NCBI RefSeq assembly: GCF_009914755.1
Contig: NC_060929.1
Strand: one strand, 5' to 3'
From: the human T2T-CHM13v2.0 reference genome, Homo sapiens
DNA length: 64,000 bases
Shown: positions 57,335-64,000 of the stretch, one piece after another
Position numbering within the stretch: the stretch's first letter is position 1
Layout: each line of letters opens with the position of its first letter
Notes under the pieces: model-generated
Told to the model about the DNA's origin: nothing
Databases searched by the model: none
What the model saw: only the letters and a program-made list of their open reading frames with translations
Translations under genes and position numbers: made by a program

Positions 57335-57822
57335 AATGACACAGACTCTCTGTTCTTAGTCTCCTTAGCCTATCTCACATGTTTATTTGGAAGATTAATT
57401 AGAACACACAGACAAAAGCATCTAGTACAGTGCCTGGAACATGCTCATTACTTCATAAATATTAGTTTAATTATAATTTGTAGAAATAAGAAAGTATTCA
57501 TTTTTTATTTTGCTATTCAAAATTTTATTACTGGACTTGCTGGAAGGAAATGGGTCAAACAGATAATAATAATAATAGCTGATTCAATAGAATTCTCAGC
57601 ATGCATGCAAGGATTTAGTGTTAGTTTAAGGATTCTGGTACATAATTACACTATTCTTTCCCTTAAAATGGATCCAATTGTGAATTTTTTTAAAATAGAA
57701 AATCAACGTGAGAAGAAAAGTTTTCAAAAAAATAAATAAATAGGCATGCTCAGATGTGAAAATTACTGGATGACTCTACCTGCTGGCCTCATCAAGGATA
57801 CATTAGCTGAAAGTGAAATGAG

Positions 57823-58112
57823 GATCGTGGCTCATGCCTGTAATCCCAGCACTTTGGGAGGCTGAGGCGGGCAGATCATGAGGTCAGGAGTTCGAGACCA
57901 ACCTGGCTAACATGGAAAAAGCCTGTCTTCACTTAAAATGCAAAAAATTAGCCGGGCGTGGTGGCACGCACCTGTGGTCCTAGCTACTCGGAAGGTTGAG
58001 GCAAGAAAATTGCTTGAACCCGGGAGACAGAGGTTGCACTGAGCCAAGATCGCACAACTGCACTCCAGCCTGGGCAACAGAGCAAGACTCCGTCTCAAAA
58101 AAAAGAAAGAAA
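57823..58112 (+). mobile_element. AluS (Sg-like), slightly 5'-truncated
   Basis: gatcatgaggtcaggagttcg; TSD gaaagtgaaatgag at 57809-57822 and 58113-58126. Confidence 0.92.
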
Positions 58113-58801
58113 GAAAGTGAAATGAGCCCTTAAGTGCTAACGAATACATCAGGCACAAACTCTGGACTCCTCAAATGTTGACTCTGCCTCAGGGACAGGC
58201 ATCCAAGGTTACTTCTCCAAAAGGGAGACAAAGACTCAAAAAGACTAATTTTTGCTCATGAATTCTCTATGCTAGTATCTATGATGGGTTAAGCATTCCA
58301 CAGTCACTATCTTTCTGCATCCTCTCAAAATCTCAATAGTAGAGGTATCATTATTCCCCCATCTCATCCCATATTCTACGAGTCATATAAATAACATGCT
58401 CATAGATGTCATATAACTTACCAAATCACACAGTCAGTGTGCTACAGACAATTCAGTTAATATATTGAGTACCTCTTGTGTGCCTGGCAATGTGTTAGGC
58501 ACTGAGGCTACAATAGTGAACAAGACATGTGTCTGCAAAAAAGATAAGCCAATGGCCATGCTCTAAAATCATCTCCTTTTATTATAAGATGTTAACGTGA
58601 CAAGTGTTAGGACTATGAACAAAAAAATGTTAAAGGAAGAAGAGTGAAAGCAAAACCATAAGGCAGATCGAAAATGTGGTCAAAGAGTAGCCTTGTACCC
58701 CACCAAGTCCATTCCCTGCACAGACCCAGCCCTAGACCCCTCCTGAAATTCATATTCAGTTCTGCACTTAATGGAGCATGCATTTCCATTGAGATGCAAC
58801 A

Positions 58802-59227
58802 TGTGATGGGATCTGGATGTGTGTCCCTCCAAATCTCATGCTGAAATGTGATTCCCAGTTTTGGAGGTGGGGCCTAGTGGAAAGTATTAGATGACTGGGG
58901 CAGATCTCTCATGAATGACTTAGTGCCATCCCCTTGGTGATGAGTGAGTACTTGCTCAGTTAGTTCACATGAGATCTGGTTGTTTAAAAGAATCTGGGAC
59001 CTCTCTCTCACTCTCTCTCTCTAGCTCCCTCTCTCGCCACGGGATATGTCAGCTCCTCCTTTGCCTTCCGTCATGACTGAAAGCTTCCTAAGACCTCACC
59101 AGAAGCAGAGCCAATGCTGCTGCCATGATTCCTGTACAGTCTGCAGAACCATGAGCCAAAATAAACCTATTTTCCTTATAAATTACCCAGTCTCAGGCAT
59201 TCCTTCATCACAATGCAAACTAACACA
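58802..59227 (+). mobile_element. MSTA/MSTB MaLR solo LTR
   Basis: ccctccaaatctcatgctgaaatgtgattccc...ataaattacccagtctcagg...ctaacaca. Confidence 0.85.
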
Positions 59228-60399
59228 ACATATAAATCAATAAATAAGCTAGATAGTTACAGAGTAAGGGATAAGGAAAAATAAAACAGAGTAGTGGGAC
59301 ACAGAGTAACTGGAAAGGGGGAACTTTAGGTACTGTGTTTCAGAAAAGCCTCCATGAAGATGTGGCATTTAAGCTGAAATTGGGAAGATGGGAAGTTCGA
59401 GGCAGATGCATGAGAACTCAAGGCAGAAAGAGTTCAGCACACTGGGAAAATGAACCTACAGCAGAGGGAGCAAAGGAGAGTCTGACCTAAGAGGAGGCTG
59501 GAGTTAGGGAAGGGTCGGATCACACGCAAAGTGGTAGGGCTATGGCACAGACTTCAAGGTCAGCAAGCTGGTGCCCATCTCACTCTCCAGCTGGTAATAA
59601 CATACTGTTATTCTCTAGATCACAGAGACTACTCACCAATAGCCCAGGCACTGGGGCAGAATCAAGTCCAGCACCATTATCTCATTGATTCCATCTGGAA
59701 CTTGGCAGTTGGTTCCTTTTCACTTCAGTTCACAATTAGAAACTTCCTTGTCCCCATTTTCCCCTTTTATACCCTATGTGTACATTTATTTCACCGTATC
59801 AGACTATAATTCCATTTTAAGGCAGACTCAACAAAAACTATCACAGTGCTTTACACACAGTAGGTGTTCAACAAATGTTAGCTAAGTTGATTATCAAAAG
59901 CAGACATGGACCTAGCAGCTGGAAAGTTGGAATATTCAAAACTGTAGGCTGGTAGGAGTCAAGAAGTAAAGGACTCTCCTAGCTTAGAATGGGATGTGGG
60001 GAAGGCATGGTGGGAAAGGGACTCACTGGCATGCCTTCCCTGTTTCCTTCTTTGAATTGCTTCCGTCACTTGTACTTACCCTTAAGCTTTGTGGAGGGAG
60101 ATATGGACCTCAGAATGTGGCCTCTGGCCACCCAGCCTCGTGTAAATGCACTATTGATTTTTCCAGAGAGAGCAATTCAAAGAAAAGGAAAAATACATTT
60201 TTACTGTTATGAATAGTGTAATACAACTTCATTTAACACTGTAATTGAATACTTACAATTTTTTTAAATTGTATATTTAGCATTGAAATATGGTGAGTCT
60301 ATGTGGGAAGGGATAGAAAAGGGTAGCAGGAGAGTACTTAATGCCTAGAAAAAGACCTACAATGCAAAATAATAATCATCACAGCTCTAATATTAATAA

Positions 60400-60560
60400 T
60401 AGTAACAGTGGCTACCGTATATTGAGCTACAGTGTCAAAGGGATTGAGCACTTTATCATTTTCACCTCTGCTTATAAAATTGCCATGAGGATGATTACTC
60501 CATTTTGAAGGTAATGGGAAACTCAGGTTCATGGAGGCTGTCTTTTGCCTAAGGATTCAT
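60400..60560 (-). mobile_element. MIR
   Basis: attactccattttgaaggtaatgggaaactcaggttc...ttgcctaagg. Confidence 0.6.
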
Positions 60561-62900
60561 AGTGAAGGATGAGCAAGGTCAGGAATCACAGGTTTCTCTG
60601 GAGGACAGCACAGTGGTTAAGAGTATGGCCTTTGGAGTCAACAGAAGAGACATCCTGGGAAACATGCCTTCCCTAATCTTTTTGTGTTTCTTTTCTAAAT
60701 TATGAAGGTGTTGAATTCCATCATCTCCACAGCCCTTTCTAGCTCGATGCTCCAAATTGTCGCAATCCAGCCCAAGGCAGGACCACACTACTGTGTCTTT
60801 CTTTCCTGTTCTGATCCTCCTACATCAGCTCCTGGCTCCTCCTCCTAACCCTCTAGGCAGAATAAAGCCCAAAAGTAAATTCAAGGAGACAGCTTATTCC
60901 TATATTCTATTACTGACAGGGAAGACTGAGAAAAAATGCACTCACTCAATGGCTCCAGCAGTAACAGCAGTGCTTTCTAAGCCACCAAAAGGACTCTTGA
61001 AATAAAGAATTAATGGACGCCAGAACAAGCATCAGGCCTATTGGTGCCAATGGGGTTGTGCATGCATAATTTAGTGTTATACTGTCAACTATGAAATATC
61101 TTTGGGCAACAGCCTACATTTCCTTTGAACAACATGAATCTTCAGAAGAAATAGGAACAGGAGAAGGGAGAACAGTGTCAAAAGCACTATACGAAAGAAG
61201 ATATCAAAAATGCATCTGAAGAGTTTGAATAAAATTGTCTCAAAAAATATAAAACTGGGAAAAAGCGGTATTTCTAAATTAATATATTACCGCTTGAAGT
61301 ATGTATGTGTAATGAACTGAATAAACACTATTTGTAGATCGGCAACTATAGTATTTCGCCTACAGACTTAGAAGTATATATGTTCAATTGAACCAAAACT
61401 TTGTTTTAAAAATCTTATTCTTTTTGGAGAAAGTGCAGCATCACCTAATTCAAGATTGCCTTACATTGGGGCATATGAGGTAAAATAGCAGGTGCTAGCC
61501 TCAATCTTACTGCTTAGGTTACAAAACTGTTCTTGAATGCCTTCCTTATGTCAGGCATCAAGCTAGTTTCTGGAAATAGAAAAAGGTACAAAACACTCTA
61601 GAATAGTGATTTCCAACAAATGTTTGAGGAAAAGCATTGTCTGCCTTAACTTTGACTTTCATATATGTATACAAGGCCTGCTTTTCCTTACGTTTCAGTA
61701 AGCATACGGTCTCTTTTGGCACCAGCTTAATGGTATGCTATGTATCTTTTATTTGCGCCAAGTCTTACACAACTCTGTGCGGCATTGCATGACCCACTTA
61801 ACTATAAATTAGAACAGATGTGACTTTACCCACATGAAGCCTCAGTTACAGCAAAAATCAGTTCACACATTATTATTAATCATTTGACAGCTCACTTCTG
61901 CTAGGGATGCTGGCTGAGATCCACTGCCTGGAAGTATTCAAATAGAAGAATGGACCCTGTCACTGTATGATTCAGTGGAAACCTCTAAACCAAAGGTACT
62001 TCCTCCACTGGCCTGTCACAATGCCTGGGATTCACACCGTGGACATGATTCCAGGACGTTAAAAACAAACAAGCCATTAAAAAAAAAAAAAAAAAAAAAA
62101 ACATGTTATGCTTGCAAGTGCCATTTAGAAGGGAAAATACATTAGCCGCCTGAGAATAAGTTATTCTAAACAGCATGTAGTCAACAAGTTAAGAGAAAAG
62201 GTTCTGCAAGAATGTGACCCAGGATACTGCTGGGTGAGTTAGAATTGAGGAAATAATATAAAAAAATAGATTATATTTTCTCAAGAAAAGAGGGCCCTGC
62301 CCTGGAGATAATAAACATCTCAGAACAGTGTAAAGAATAAACAGAGCATGGCCAAAGGAGAGATGAGCAGAGCCTGAATTGGCACTCTGCTTACTACATA
62401 GTTTTGTCAAGAAATGCCTAAGCTAGATGAATATACAGGATTCTGTTTCCAAATCATTTTTCCCCAGCTACAATTTAATATCTCGGGGTCCAATGCAGGC
62501 ACTTGTCTAGATCAATAGCCCACTGTGAACAGATCTTGACAGCTGCTGCTTTTCACCCTAACATGATGCTGGTGAAATCTCAAGCAGAGACATGGGCCAA
62601 CCATTCCTAGCTATCAGCCATCCGTTCTTTGGCAACAAGTAAAGAAATCATAGAGAAAACCAGAGAGACATGAGATCAAAGGAGCAAAATGATTGACTAA
62701 GACTGGATTCGCATAAGAGAAAAACTGTCTCCCAAATGTTATTGTGGAAGCTCATTTTGGCCAAATGCATTGCTTTACTGATCCATTCCATTTCTTGGCT
62801 TCTCTCCCACATCCTTAAGTCTCCTGTTCAGTACTTGCTGGATTACAGTGTAGGGAGAAAGAAAAGGGCAATGCTCTTTGGTAAGCAGCTATTTTGTCTT

Positions 62901-63331
62901 TGCTATAGTTTGAATGCCCCCTTCAAAACTCATGTTGAAACTTCAACCTCAATGTGGCAGTATTGAGAGGTAGGGCTGTGAAGAGGCAATTGGATCATGA
63001 GGGCTTTGTCCTCATTAATGGATTAATTCACTTATGGATTAATGGGTTAATGGATTAATGGGTTGTCATAGGAGGGGAATTGGTGGCTTTATGAGAAAAA
63101 GAAGAGAAATCTGAGCTAGCATGTGAACAGGCTCAGCCCCATTGTCTGTAATTCTCTGAGCCACCTTGGGACTCTACAGAGAGTCACCACCAGCAAAAAG
63201 GCTCTTACGAGATGCGGCCCCTCACCCTTTGACTTCTCAGCCTCCATAACTTAAGAAATAAATTTCCTTTTCTTTATAAATTACCCAGTTTCAGGTATTC
63301 TGTGATAAGCAACAGAAGACAGACCAAGACA
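62901..63331 (+). mobile_element. MST-family (MSTB1/MSTC-like) MaLR solo LTR
   Basis: TG...CA termini (tgctatagtttgaatg / gaccaagaca); 5-bp TSD gtctt at 62896-62900 and 63332-63336. Confidence 0.88.
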
Positions 63332-64000
63332 GTCTTCAAACCAGAAGTACAGATTCTACACCTGTAATCGACAGTGAAAATATAATGGCTTCTCATTCTT
63401 TTTTAGGTTTTCTAAATTATTATTATTCACAGAAGCCTCATTGAATGGCTTCTGATTCTCATGGAATTTCAGAAATGGTCTTCAAAAGAAATGAGAGAAT
63501 CAGTAAATCTATAGATATGGGACATGCTGAGGGAAGTGCAATGTATGAAGAAGCCATGGATCATTTTCTCAAAGAGTTACCTTCTAGCTAGAGAACCAAG
63601 ATGCAAGAATGACAAATGTGCAGCACACAGGCCTCTTCTCACCTCACCTGCCCCATGACAGACATTACTATTGATCATGGTGTCCTTTCCTACCAAGCTC
63701 ACGTGCAACCTCAAATTCCTTTCCAGCATAGCACTTCAATAGTTGCTATCCATCTTTCAAAGTTAGAACATGATTTGAGATATATTTGCCATCTCTGGTC
63801 ACAATTGAAGAGAAACAGTAACTTCATATTACTACCAGATATTCATGGAAAAAGCCCAGTTTTGTGGTACAAGCTGTAAGGCAGCAGGAATTCAGAGGGA
63901 AGCTTCACGGAGGAAGGGACTTATACTGGCTGTGAACATTCATGCAGAATTTAAAAGAGAAATAGTGAATTTGGTAGTGAAACAACTACTTTTAAAAAGT

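Noticed and set aside
62079-62101. Isolated A23 tract, possibly a processed pseudogene tail
   Set aside because: No TSD or recognisable mRNA/ORF upstream; most likely a mononucleotide microsatellite.

Overview
This is primate genomic DNA, most likely human or great ape (young AluY with intact CpGs, L1PA and MER11 elements). It is AT-rich and dominated by interspersed repeats. I found no host protein-coding gene, RNA gene or CpG island. Nearly all listed ORFs are decayed LINE-1 ORF1/ORF2 pieces, antisense L1 frames, Alu frames or chance ORFs. Positions 1-26 kb form a deeply nested L1 cluster: old L1M hosts carry a full-length L1PA15/16-like element and an L1PB1, and the L1PB1 contains an inverted L1PA stub, an AluYe-like element, a MER11 solo LTR and an AluS. 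Positions 28-40 kb are ordinary MIR/L2/MaLR DNA plus unique sequence. Positions 41.9-57.3 kb hold two full-length L1s arranged head-to-head (L1PA7-like on minus, L1PA5-like on plus). I found no convincing new biological system. The best signals are fossil mutational events: (1) a ~61-bp copy of sequence from 3 kb away pasted into an L1 with iterated junction repeats; (2) snap-back templated insertions; (3) a very young AluYd-type element nested in a truncated AluY that carries clustered A>G changes; (4) a 142-bp tandem unit in an old L1 5'UTR. Subfamily calls come from remembered consensus diagnostics, not from a RepeatMasker run, and boundaries of old elements are approximate.
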